Shown here in pieces: positions 40,647 through 53,651 of a stretch of DNA of 64,000 nt (positions are counted from its first letter, which is position 1; every line of letters begins with the position of its first letter). The stretch comes from Octopus sinensis (lineage: Eukaryota). The stretch spans positions 27,280,001 through 27,344,000 of the forward strand of contig NC_043021.1 in NCBI RefSeq assembly GCF_006345805.1, read 5' to 3'. The notes under the pieces were generated by a model that worked only from the letters and a program-made list of their open reading frames with translations, was not told the DNA's origin and ran no database searches. The translations under genes and the position numbers were made by a program.

Positions 40647-40725
<79 letters not shown>

Positions 40726-40754
40726 GTGTATATGTATGTATATATATATGTATG

Positions 40755-40794
<40 letters not shown>

Positions 40795-40864
40795 TATATG
40801 TATGTATATTATGTATGTATATATATATATTATGTATGTATATATATGTAGTATTATATATATG

Positions 40865-40896
<32 letters not shown>

Positions 40897-41100
40897 TATA
40901 TGTGTATGTATATATATATATATGTAGTAATATATGTATGTAATAATATATATATATGTATGTATATATGTATGTTATATATATATATATATGTGATGTA
41001 TATATGTGTGTATATATATATATATGTATGTATATATGTGTGTATATATATATATATGTATGTATATATGTGTGTATATATATATATATATATAATACAC
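40211..41100. repeat. Compound (TA)/(TATG) microsatellite
   Basis: Direct inspection. Confidence 0.95.
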
Positions 41101-41111
41101 ACACACACACG

Positions 41112-41580
41112 TTGTTATACTTGGGGATGGTAATATTTTCGTCAATTAAATGCATACTATTTATTTGGTCTTCACTTTAATTTTATTATTATTATTATTA
41201 TCATTATTAGTTTATATGTCCATCAAATTTCTTTTGTTACACATTCTGTGAGCTCACAAATGACTCTGTCTCATGTGTCTCCTCTTGTCCTGCTTATTCC
41301 ATTTCGTCCTTGGTATATCACAGAAGGACAAAATGGAATAAGCAGGGCAAAAAGGGACACATGGGACAGAGAGCCACTGATGAGGTCGCAGAGTGTGTCA
41401 TGAATGAACTTTGATAAATAAACTAAAAACAATGATAACAAGACTAAAGGGAAGATCAAATAAATAGTGCGTGTGTTTAAGTGGCAAAAGATGACCCCTG
41501 CCCTCCAAGTATAACAATATCTGCTTCAACACACGATTTCACATCAAGAATCTCGTATATCTAACACTTGTAAAACAAAT
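41112..41580. mobile_element. Foldback repeat (TTGTTATA family)
   Basis: Ends ttgttatacttgggg / cctccaagtataacaa, a central hairpin, and a CTGATGA core at 41377 with decayed downstream elements. Confidence 0.6.
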
Positions 41581-41586
41581 GCATAA

Positions 41587-41652
<66 letters not shown>

Positions 41653-41771
41653 GCGCACAATAACGAAGGCAGCTTTACGCATTATAAAAACAAAAAGGAT
41701 AAATTCAATTGTCACTGATTGTGCCTGAGGGTGCTAGGTAGCACCCACCACCCTCAGTCACAATTAGAGAA

Positions 41772-41808
<37 letters not shown>

Positions 41809-41866
41809 TCGTTTTTGGATTTGGTTTGCAAGATTTTTATGTGAGTTCGTGTGTTGAGAGTCAAAA

Positions 41867-41903
41867 CTATTGAAAAGGTTGCAAGACGCAACGAAAATTT
41901 TAG
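41867..41903 (+). ncRNA. Ultra-minimal hammerhead candidate with U3-A8 core
   Basis: CTA-TTGAAAA-G-GTTGC(AAGAC)GCAAC-GAA-AATT-T-TAG. Confidence 0.5.
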
Positions 41904-42061
41904 AAAAACAAAAAAGAAATAAGTGGAAATTTTACCTGTGTGTGTGTTAAATTATAAGACACTAAAAGAGAATGACTCTCCCCAGACACAACAGAATATA
42001 CATGCATGCATGCATACATACATACACACATACATACATACACACATACATACATACATAC

Positions 42062-42490
42062 ATAACAGGCCAGATATTGTTGTTTGGGACAGAGGGGCAA
42101 AGGTATGTACCATCATAGAAGTCAGTTGCCATGCAGATATAAATATTTCTTTGAAAATCAAAGAAAAATTAGATATCTAGGGACAGCTGCTTCGAAACCT
42201 CCAGCTTCTATATTCAGACTATGAATTCATATTCATTCCAATAATTACTGGAGCACTAGGTTTTGTTAGTAAATGCTTAAAGGAGAATCTGGATAAACTG
42301 AGATTTTCAAAAAGAGAAATCGACTGGCTAATTCGTACGTTAGACGTGCAGTCTGTAAGAGGAACAGTAAAAATATGCAAGACTTTTCTCAAGTTCCAAA
42401 TGTGAATTTGTCTGTGTTAACTGCATCCCAAAGATGGAGCCTTGTATCTTTGTTGGAAACCGGATCCGTCCTCAGTGGAAGATATTTAAT
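42062..42490 (+). mobile_element. R4/Dong-like non-LTR element, restriction-like endonuclease 3' fragment
   Basis: HNRPDIVVWDRGAKVCTIIEVSCHADINISLKIKEK...FIPIITGALGFV...GTVKICKTFLKFQM*, with a PD..D/E-type motif and one internal stop. Confidence 0.85.
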
Positions 42491-42518
42491 CATACATATA
42501 TGCATACATACTTATATT

Positions 42519-42564
<46 letters not shown>

Positions 42565-44047
42565 ATGAAAGAATACATTGTTATGAGTGGTTGGCGTCAC
42601 TGGTGTAAGGTAGTGATATGGTTAGAAGAGAAATGGTTAAAAGCGAATGTTTAAGTGCGTCACATTAATTAAGCTTAGAATAGTCGTAGGCCACGTGACA
42701 GCACCAGAGATATCTGTATAAGCCTGGACAGACAAATGAGGACCATTTCTCTACTTCTCAACAACAGACCATAATGACCTCCTTAATCACAGCTGGGGGT
42801 CATTAAAGTCCAAACTGCTGACATCACGCTGGCTACATTAGCGTAGATGGTGAATGCATGGGACGAACAATGAAAACTGATTGTCCTGGAGTTGTGGAAT
42901 GTAAATTGAGCCGAGTGTTTGGAGCAGCATCTTCGGGAAACTAACCAATCACCGTACTGCCTACCACTTACGCAAGTCACGTAGACTTCGTAATTACCAG
43001 GAAACAGGATAGAAACATGATTGCGAATGCTGAGTGTGAATATTTAGTATTTACAGCCACCTGTCCGTCATTGTAAGCGCACTTACAATGTGCCACTTAG
43101 CATGGACTAGTAATTAGGGACATAGATGTCGGAAGTAAATCGACTAAGAGACATGGGATAGTGAGGGGAAGGAAGGTACGGAAGCTGAATTATCGCTGGA
43201 CACCCGTAGGTTCTAGAAGAACAAGGTGGTACGTATGTTGAGGAGAAGAAGATAGAGAGATCTCGTTCTCAAATGGAAACTTTTACGAGATTTGCCAGCT
43301 GTGAGCCAAAGCCTAGATCTGCGCACGGAGTAAGATTCCAACTCGAACGAAGGCAACAATGGTGTTATAGCAATACATCAGATTGAGCTGCGTGAGCTGA
43401 ACCTAACCCGAACAATTTTTAATCATTTGACTGCGGCCATGTCTTTAGTCGAACAAACCGACCCTAGGACTTATTCATTGTAAGTCTAGTACTTATTCTG
43501 TCAGCCTCTTTTGCCGAACCGCTAGGTTTCGGCGACGTAAACACACCAACATCGGTTGTCAAGCGATGGTGAGGGGACAAACACAGACACACAAACATTC
43601 ATATACATACACATATATACGACGGGCAAGGCTTTGGTCGGCCCGAGGCTATAGTAGAAGACACTTGCTCAAGGTGTTATGCAGCGGGACTGAACCCGGA
43701 ACCATATATATGTTGAAGGAAAGAAAATGGAGAAAATTGGATGTATGAAAAATTTATTTGTATGTTAAAAAATGTTGAAAATTTTCTTTTAAAAACATTA
43801 CAATACAAATAAAAAAACCCGACATATGTTTCTGTGCTATCCCATAATTAATTAGAAATTCGAAGCATATGGTTAAATACCAAGAAAAAAGTCATATTCT
43901 AACTATATGGGGTACAACTTCTTCAGGGTTTTTGTGAACTTGTAGGGTTTAGGTTATTATTATTGAAGGATGCATGGAGAGTTTTATGATAGCCTGTACC
44001 TGCATCCTTCGAATTTATAATTACCTATGGGATAGCAGAGAAACATA

Positions 44048-45106
44048 CACTGGCGAAAATAAATTTAAGACCGATGATAAAAGTTCTATTTCTTACAAAA
44101 TATTTTGTTACTAACACCATACAAATTATTTCTATCTTTTACTCCTTATGAAGAATTTATTTGCAGATAATAACTATTTTTATACAACTTGAAGAATTCT
44201 AATGCTAAATTAATATAAACGTTTCAAATTTACCGGCAAAATTAGTTGAAGACCGTATCATTATAATTTTATTTAAAGCTTAAGATTGTAGCAAAAATGA
44301 GCAACAAGAACGAAATACATATTAGTACTTTGTGCCGTAGCCTTCATTCTTAATAACTAGCGAATAACGCCTCGGCATTGAATTCGCTAAGTGATTACAA
44401 AATTCTATGGGAATGTTTTGCCATATTTCATTGATATAATCGAATAATTGTTTTAGATTAGATGTTTTTTTAGCATAGACTTTTTTGGAAACATAATTCC
44501 ACAAGTTTTCGATCGGATTCAGGTCTGGGCTCTGGGGAGGCCATTCGATTACGTCAATATTATGGTGATCAAAAAATTCCATAACCTTTTTGGCTTTGTA
44601 TATAACCTACACTATTTAGCTTTCCATCAACTTTAACTAGAGGTCCAACACTAAAACTACTAAATGCCGCCCACACCATCACCCCCACCGCTTGCGTCGT
44701 CTTTTTCATGCATTTCGGATGGAATTCCTCGGTTGGGCGACGTCTGACCTATGTTTTACCATCTGATCCAAATATACAGAAGCGTGACTCGTCACTCCAA
44801 AGGACCCTGCACCAATTTTCGGCAGTCCTTTGAGCATGGCTTTTTGCGAAATTAAGGCGTTTGAGTCGATTTCTTTCGGATATTATTGGTTTTTTCCCTA
44901 GCGATTCGTCCATGTAGTCCAAATTTGCATACATACTACATGGTCTTAAACTAATTTTGCCGGTAAATTTGAAACGTTTATATTAATTTAACATTAGAAT
45001 GCTTCAAGTTGTATAAAAATAGTTATTATCTGCATCATTCGAAAGAAATAAATTCTGCATAAGGTGTAAAAGATAAAAATAATTTGTATGGTGTTAATAA
45101 CAAAAT
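44048..45106 (-). mobile_element. Internally deleted Tc1 element with long TIRs
   Basis: About 170-bp matching inverted segments at about 44100-44257 and 44942-45106. Peptides WSDESRF, GVMVWAAFS and WPPQSPDLNPIENLW; the segment with the second catalytic D is deleted. Confidence 0.9.
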
Positions 45107-45109
45107 TTT

Positions 45110-45162
<53 letters not shown>

Positions 45163-45234
45163 ATATACATACACACACACGCACATATATATATGTTATA
45201 TAATATATATAATATATATATATATATATGTATA

Positions 45235-45542
45235 TATCACGTGATCACGTGACCGACCAGACCATCAGATGTTGTTACACATCGCTGGTCACAATGCGTT
45301 CGCACTGTTTTAGCCTTCGAATGACGCCACCCCGCTGGCTAAGCGAGCAGACCAACAGAAGAAAGAGTGGGAGAAAGAGTGGTGAAAGAGTACAGCAGGG
45401 ATCGCCACCATCCCCTGCCGGAGCCTCGTGGAGCTTTTAGGTGTTTTCGCTCAATAAACACTCACAACGCCCGGTCTGGGAATCGAAACCGCGATCCTGC
45501 GACCGCGAGTCCGCTGCCCTAACCACTAGGCCATTGCGCCTC

Positions 45543-45545
<3 letters not shown>
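45235..45545 (-). mobile_element. SINE family C, full length
   Basis: Reverse complement of ggaggcgcaatggcctagtggttagggcagcggactcgcgg...ggtcacgtgatcacgtga. Confidence 0.88.
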
Positions 45546-45579
<34 letters not shown>

Positions 45580-46462
45580 GACAAGGTGTAAGTGATGGTC
45601 ATTACATATTTCTTTATTCCACTGAATTCGACTTACAGCTGTTTCCGCTAATCTTTATCGGTTCGGTATTGATTGTTTTAGTCAATCGACCTATTGGCTG
45701 GCTGAGAAAAACTGAACGACCAAGGGAATTAGAGCCACTCTTGTCAGAGTCATTTTGGGTTATAGCCAAACCGAACAGTGAAGGAATGGTATAGGCAAGG
45801 GGGGGGGACGGGGGCGGGGAGAGGCAATAAGCATGAGTATAATGTTAGGGGAAGAGAGATGTGTATGTACGTGGTATGTCTTTTATTTTCTGTTCGTTCC
45901 AGCATCACCAACACTACCACCGCCATCATCTTGTAAGCGATGTTGGTTTGTTTACGTCCCCGTGAATTATCAGTTTAACCTAAGAGACTGATAGAATAAG
46001 TAGCAGGTTTAAAAAACAAAAACAAAAACTGTACTGGGGTTGATCTTTACGACCAGCCCCACGAGGTAGTGCACCAGCATAACCGCACTCCTATGATTGA
46101 AACGGGGAAAAGGGAGGAGAGAACCCCCCCCCCTGTAGTTACGTAGAACAGACGGCGATTGGTTGGTAGCAAAAAGGAAGCAATGGCATTTTAATGACAT
46201 TCCAAATAATTTCTGCACAATTCCAGTTCCATTGTTCTCCAGAGAAATATCTGCCGCGCATTGGTTAATTAGAAAAAAAAAATGAATAAATAAATATATA
46301 GGAGCAGGAGTGGCTGTGTGGTAAGTAGCTTGCTTACCAGCCACATGGTTCCAGGTTCAGTCCCACTGCGTGGCATCTTGGGCAAGTGTCTTCTGCTATA
46401 GCCCCGGGCCGACCAATGCCTTGTGAGTGGATTTGGTAGACGGAAACTGAAAGAAGCCCGTC

Positions 46463-46500
<38 letters not shown>

Positions 46501-46590
46501 ATATTTCGGAATGGTCATATTGCCAGTTTAGCCAATAAATTCTTGCACAACAAATATTTAAACGTATATATATATATATATATATATATG

Positions 46591-47113
46591 TGGAGCTGAA
46601 CGCAGATTGAACAGAAATCGTTTTATTTCATTCTACACGTGTTTCGAAAGGCACAAATTACCAAAATCCGAACTTTTCGGGACGTGAACAAGCGCCAGAC
46701 CACGGGACTCAGTAAGCTAATATGGCGACTGAAGGATACGAACTTAAGCTACAGGCTGGAATGGTCAATTTTGTCGGTGGCCCTCCCATTTGATAGGGGC
46801 AGAAGACAGTGTAACCTTTGTGTCTCCGAACTCTTCCATATTTTGTTTGCCAGAGGCCGGATGGTAAACGGGCTCTTACAGTCGGCTTTTCGATTGGCGG
46901 CGTTACACTTATCTGGCTTTTAAATAGCGTTTATAAATAATACCGGCACCCATAGCCCTTGGTAACAAATTCTGAAATAGCCTTTAAGATATCTACGATT
47001 ATCCACTGCAAGGGGAATTACTCCTGTAAGACAATCGGGGCTTGGTTTTTTCACAGCGGGGGGTTTCCTTGACAAGGCAGGCTCAGATGAACACACACAC
47101 ACATAAAACATAA

Positions 47114-47145
<32 letters not shown>

Positions 47146-47658
47146 CTTTCTGCCACCCAACGGTTATCACGGCAGTAGCCACTGACAGCCGAACGATCAA
47201 ACGCACACACGTACACAAAAAGTGTTTTCTACCCCTACGCCAACACACACATATATAGAACAGTATACACACACACACGTCTCTAAGTAGATTTTTTCTC
47301 GCCCCTTATAAAACATCCAATATTCCTTAAATAGTCAGAACTTTATTCTCGGTCACTAATAACATCTATACACCCTCACCCACACGATTGACCGATGCCT
47401 GACCTGTAGAATTCTTCAGCCACCGGTTCTCAGCATACACTGATAAACAGTTTCGCCATGGGCTCTTAGGAGCATAGTTCGATTTGGTTTTTGCTCCGCC
47501 TCTGTTCTGTTTTTGTTTCTCTAACGGATTTCCTTTTTCTTCCTGAAGAGAAAGACACAATATGTCCCATTATTCAATCGGATTTTGGTAATTTGTGCCT
47601 TTCGAAACACGTGTAGAATGAAATAAAACGATTTCTGTTCAATCTGCGTTCAGCTCCA
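46591..47658 (+). mobile_element. 5'-truncated Penelope-like element with inverted terminal fragment
   Basis: 81-bp inverted arms at 46591-46671 and 47578-47658. From 46672 it encodes TFRDVNKRQTTGLSKLIWRLKD...WSILSVALPFDRGRRQCNLCVSELFHIL, the C-terminal part of a PLE GIY-YIG endonuclease. Confidence 0.88.
47540..47618 (+). ncRNA. Canonical-core minimal hammerhead candidate
   Basis: TTC-CTGAAGA-GAAAG.CACAA...TTGTG.CTTTC-GAAAC-ACGT-GTA-GAA. All core nucleotides and the G10.1-C11.1 pair are intact. Confidence 0.78.
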
Positions 47659-47873
47659 TTTCTTCAATTCACCAATAATGTTTTAATTTCAATTATCCGC
47701 ACCAACGCACGGTTGCAACGCCAGATGGTTGTACCTCCAACGTGCTGTTTACTGCTGTGATTTTTGCTACTAAGGTATCGGTTAACTTTTGATTAATCTA
47801 CAACAAGATTATTCATCTTTCTATTTCACATAATATATATATATATATATATATAATATATATATATATATAT

Positions 47874-48868
47874 CTAGCATTAAAGACCCGTCGTTGCCGG
47901 CTCATAGTGCTAGTGCATGTATATATGTGTATATATATGTGTACATCTACACATAAAATACAAAATAAAAAGTTATATCTTGATATCGCTAGTGATAACA
48001 ATATTCAAAATATATAACAGACTGGAATTGTTAGCCCGTCTCTTGTAATTTCGATCAATTGTATCTTGTCCTCCCTCTTGTATAGAAGTGTGGCTACAAT
48101 CCAGCCTACCTCTACTTCGGGGTGGGGGGAATTTTAAATTTTTTCCGGGACGTCCTACGTCCCAGATATAAAGGTAAAAATAAAATATTTCCACTTTGCA
48201 AGTTCGAGTCGAGTACTCCCTTGCACGCTCCGTTGACTCGAACCTCGCTTTTATTGTGGCGAATTTACCGCCTCTGATTAGATACCTTTCATAGTCGCAC
48301 CAAGGCACTTTTCGAAGGTGCTTTCCTCCATGTGTTCAAATCTTCTTTTTCTCTATATTGTATACTTATAGACAATAGTCTTTTCTTAATTAATTTTTTA
48401 TTATCCATCTGGACTATTCCATTTCTGCACGCTAATTTTTATTTATTATTCCCATTCATGTGAAACCACTTATTCAAGTTCAAGTCATTGATGCAATTTT
48501 ATACCAATTGCTATTTTTACTTTTGTTATGTTACGATTATATTATACTTTAGTTTGATTTTAATTATTACTTACTACATATAATTCAATTGTTATTATTA
48601 TTATTTTTGTTAAAATGAAAGTATCTGACATAAAATAGAGAAACGTTTTTGTTTCACTTTTAACACGTAATACTGAAATAGTGGAGAAAATATGATATTG
48701 CTATGGGCTCGCTCTAGGCAAGAAGTTGAACATTTTCTTTTTGCCCACGAAACTACATGGACCCTAAATAAGGCATGTGTAAAATTTGAATGAAATTGGT
48801 TGTGTAGTTCTCAAGTTTTAGGGAAACACACAGACAGACACACATTCTCAGTTTTATATATATAAAGA
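47874..48868 (-). mobile_element. Non-autonomous Helitron-like element
   Basis: The minus strand starts TCTTTATATATATAAAACTGAGAATGTGTGTCTGTCTG...ACTACACAACCAATTTC and ends with hairpin ccggcaacgacggg plus CTAG. The flanks are not a perfect A|T. Confidence 0.6.
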
Positions 48869-48898
48869 AATATATATATATATAATATATATATAAAG

Positions 48899-48976
<78 letters not shown>

Positions 48977-49399
48977 CGTATGTGGGTGTATATGTTTGTG
49001 TCTGTGTTTTTCCCCCTAACATCGCTTGACAACCGATGGTGGTGTGTTTGCGTCCCCGTAACTTAGCGGTTCGGCAAAAGAGAACGATAGAATAAGTACT
49101 AGGCTTACAATGAATAAATCCTGGGGTCGATTTGCTCGACTAAAATGCGGTGCTCCAGCATGGCCGCAGTCAAATGACTGAAACAAGTAAAAGAATAAAA
49201 GAGAGAGTATATGAGTAAATAAACAATTAAAGGAACGCTTCAGGCTCGGCCCTTTCTGTTCGTAGCATTCCAAAGGACCCCCAATCAACATCCGGGTTCT
49301 GATTTTTCATTTTTTGTCTCAAAGCATTCAAAATTGGGAAATAAGAATAAAAGAATAAAGGAATAAAAGAATAAGTATGTTATTTCCTCATTATCGATG

Positions 49400-49740
49400 C
49401 CATGATTCATTGTCATCATCCTCATCATTCATCAGTCATCATCGTTATATCATTCAGCCTTGTTGCCCTCGTTGTCATGGCCACCGTCCTCATTCTCTTC
49501 CTCCTCCTCCTCCTCGTCTTTTTTGTCTTCGCCATTCTCATCGCCATCATTATCATAATCGTCGTCATCGTCTTCTTCTTCTTCTTCTTCTTCTTCTTCT
49601 TCTTCTTCTTCTTCTTCTTCTTCTTCTTCTTCTTCTTCTTCTCCTCCTCCTCCTCCGCTTCCTCCTCCTCCCCTCTTCTTCACTTCTTCTTCTTCTTCTT
49701 CTTCTCCTCCTCCTCCTCCTCCTCCTCCATCTTCTTGACA
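49400..49740. repeat. (CAT)/(CTT)/(CCT) trinucleotide repeats
   Basis: Direct inspection. Confidence 0.9.
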
Positions 49741-51268
49741 TTACTACTATTTTGTCGTTCCTTACCTGTTAGATATCTATTTTAGTTTGTGTGTGTAAGA
49801 GAGAGAGAAGGGGGAGGAGGAGGAGAGACTGATACGAAAGCGAGTGTGAAAGAGAGAGAAAGAGCCAAGCAGAGGTAAATGTCTTTGTTGAAATGATACG
49901 AAAAGGTGGTATAATTGGATTTATTTTAAAACTAACAATATTCATTTGCTTGTGAAAATATTTACTTCTTCAGGCAGACAAAAAAGACAAAAAAGGAAAA
50001 GTAATAACCCACCCAAAGTCGAACATGTTTGCTCTATTGACTTCTAATTGATATATTGGAAAGTTTCCAAAAATATATAATGAATAACACTCAATAAATA
50101 AATAAATAAGTGAGAAGGAAAACGATGATAGATAGAATTTTCTCTTCTGAGGGATAAAGGGGGAAAAAAAGAAATGAAAAAAGATAGATATAAATAATGT
50201 AAAATAAAATAAAATATAATATAAAATTTATCGCTTTTTCAACGAACAGAAAAAGGAAACCAGTTGTCATTTGTTCGCTGGTTTGGTGACAGATGGTATG
50301 AAAATAAAGTTATTTTTCTTAATAGAAAGCAATTATCGATTCCTGTCACAGTCGCAAGGCTACAACTGTTTGAGAGAAAGATATAGTCGACTAGTCGATT
50401 ATACAGAGAGCCGCAATACATGACTGATATTTTATTTTATATAGAATGAATGTAATAGCTTTCTATACTATATCCACGGCAAGTAAGATATACAGATTGC
50501 CATTTCTGAACTAATGCTGCTTTCGTTGCTAATAACGCATTTTATTCAGCACGCAAGTTATTTGCGTTAGAAGTGATTCGTTTTACCAAGGCATGCGGTT
50601 GTTAGTTGATATTGATGACTTCAAAAGGTACAGAAATATCGATCTAGCCATTCCACCGTCGCTGCCGGACACATTTCATCTGCTACTCAGATATTTCTGT
50701 GCTTTTTACAACTCTACGTCTACTGGAGAGGTTTTCTCGAGACGAATGCGATAATTTTGTGGCTTTCTATAGTATGTCCACATTAAGTAAGATACATAAA
50801 ATGCTATTCTGAGCCAATTCTATTAAATAAATCTCTTTTGGCCAACCGCTTAGTATACGAGGACGTAAACAAACCAGCACCGGTTGTGAAGCGGTGTGAG
50901 AAGACAAACAAAAAATTAAAACCCGCGCGTGCGTGCACACATACGTGTATACGCACATACATACATGCAACCACACATACGCACACATATATTTCGTGTT
51001 TCCACATAGCTGACGCCAGCTAAATTCATTCACATGGTTTTGGTCGGCCCCGGGTTGACACTTACACAAAGTATCACGCAGTAACACTGAGCTCAAAGCC
51101 ACATGGTTGCAAAGCGAGTTCCTTAACCATACAGCCATGTCTGCTACATGTTCAAAAATATAACTATGTTTCAAGACTCTACCGTTTCTGCCATATATGT
51201 TTATATACACAAATACATACATACATATGTGAGTGTGTGTGCACGTGTGTGTGTGCGTATATGTATAT

Positions 51269-51299
<31 letters not shown>

Positions 51300-51462
51300 C
51301 ATAAACGCACACACGCACACACACGCACACATATATGTATGTATATGTGTATATATACATACACATATGTATGCATATATATATGTATGTACATATATAT
51401 ATATGTTTGTATATATATGTATGTATGTATGTAGTATGTATGTATGTATGTATGTATATATA

Positions 51463-51498
<36 letters not shown>

Positions 51499-51526
51499 TA
51501 TATATATATATATGTATGTATGTATG

Positions 51527-51613
<87 letters not shown>

Positions 51614-52788
51614 TACATGTATATGTGTGTATAAATAATCAGAAAGCGGAGAAACCGTCAGATTAACAAACCCATCGATTGGACCCCATTTACAGCTTAT
51701 TCTTTTAAGTACAAAGTATGCCATGACATAACAAATAGGTGACGTAACATATCGACCGTTTCCGATCCATTGCCAAAATGCTGTCTATAAATAAATGCGA
51801 GAATAAAGTTCTTCACCTTCGTAGGACATTCGAATTAAGGCAGAGAGCTTCTTCAGATTAAAAAGAAAAAACAAGAGCATACAATATAAACAAATGGAAG
51901 AAGGAAAAGGAAAGAAAACATGGCCTAGAAAAAAGTCTAGAAGCCCAATATGTTAAAAGCATATAATTTACCATCTAGGGGCTACGAGGTCCGTAGGTAA
52001 AAGAATGGTCTAGGGAATACTAAAATTTATTAACGGTTAGTTGCAATTTAATGTGTAGGAGGCGCAGGATGTTTAAAAATTTTAAGAAAAGAAGTTATCA
52101 AGAAAATATATATTAGGAAAATGACTAACATGAATATCAAAGGGCGGTACCTACGTTAACGAAGTAAACTCCAGAAGGTCATGTCTCCTCGCGCTCGCCA
52201 GTTACCTATCTCGTCCCAGCCAGAACAAAGGCCTTCGTTCGTCTTTTTCGTTTGTTCTCTTGTTTATTTTTGATTTCTCGTATTGCAATTTAATTCTCGT
52301 TATGTATTTTCTTGTACATGTATCTTTATTTTGTATTATTTATTTTTTTCTTGTATGTATTTTTTTGTGCAGTTCTTTGATACGTCCCTTTTTGTGTTAC
52401 ATTTTTTCTCGCTCGTTTACCCCTCTACGAGTTTATTTTATTTTAATTCTCTCGTAGGAAGGACTAGCTTGCTATACGTGTTCTGTCTCTGCCTTCGAAA
52501 CACGTGTCTGCTAGCGACAGCTGATGAAGGGGATTTTTCCATGTGCAGCATGTCCTGTACTTCGTTTTTCTGCAGCATGTGCAGCATGTCCTGTACTTCG
52601 TTTCGTCTTGTTCCACGTCTCTGTCCTTCTGTTGTAACAAAATGTCTTTTCCGTTTTCGTTCTGTTGATTTTTTCGTCTTCCTGTGATGTCCTGTACGTT
52701 TATATATATTTATATATGCATGTATATATACATGTAGATGTCGGTACGTACATATATGTTTGTATGTATGCATATATTTTATTTATTA

Positions 52789-52831
<43 letters not shown>

Positions 52832-53014
52832 CTAATATAGGAAAAAATTTTTATAAATGGCCAGCATATTAAAAATACATCTAAAGGTTAAATCTATAAG
52901 CAACTTATAAACAAGGGCAAAAGAAAAAAATGCCAAATATGCCGAAAATAGACAAATTGTCATATAATTTATCACCGTGGGTATGGGTAAGTATTTCATT
53001 TATTTCTTACGTAT

Positions 53015-53075
53015 TTATCGCTGACGAGGAGAAAATTCTTATGAATTAACTCTGAAATTGGGACCGATACGATAA
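53015..53075 (+). ncRNA. Minimal hammerhead candidate inside a putative PLE intron
   Basis: TTATCG-CTGACGA-GGAG..AATTC(TTAT)GAATT..CTCT-GAA-ATTG(GGAC)CGAT-A-CGATAA, with a perfect 6-bp stem I. Confidence 0.72.
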
Positions 53076-53139
53076 TAACGAAATTTTTTAGAAATTTCTG
53101 TCGGCTTACTTCGAGACGCGTACTTATAGTGATAAGTTG

Positions 53140-53240
<101 letters not shown>

Positions 53241-53567
53241 GTGTGTGGTGTGTGTGTGTGTATTTATATTAATTAGTGGTTATGTTAGTCTCATGAAGGA
53301 ATAGTGTCATCCAAGGAAATACTGGTTCAATACTTAATATTTTGGGGTAACTGATAATAATAGGTATGTATATAAACTGAAGTTTGTATTTATATAAAGG
53401 AAGAAGAAGAAAACAGAGGTTGTGAAGTTAATAAGAGTTTATGTTCAGAAATATTAACTTAATATTTATTTAATTCACTGTGCATAATTGAAACAGCTGT
53501 AAGAAACAATGATAAAGTTGTTGATAATAAACTCTTAAACTTCGCAATCTCCATTTTCTTCTTCTTC

Positions 53568-53614
<47 letters not shown>

Positions 53615-53651
53615 ATATATATATATTATATGTGTGTGTGTGTGTGTGTGG

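Noticed and set aside
42588-43415. Possible solo LTR or decayed Gypsy pol (TGTT...AACA ends, YKPG-like and TAYH-like peptides)
   Set aside because: There is no target-site duplication and the peptide similarity is too weak to call.
43823-44047. Inverted-ended element with a hammerhead-like stem layout
   Set aside because: The 7-nt core position reads TATTATT and GAAA reads GAAT; only the hairpin and inverted ends are supported.
45620-45660. Hammerhead half-core GAAACAGCTGTA on the minus strand (also on + at 53490-53501)
   Set aside because: No CUGANGA-like segment or stem II could be placed upstream; at most these are decayed remnants.
49377-49785. Acidic or hydrophobic ORFs (poly-E/D on -, poly-F/L on +)
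   Set aside because: These are CTT/CCT/CAT repeats with no splice or homology support.
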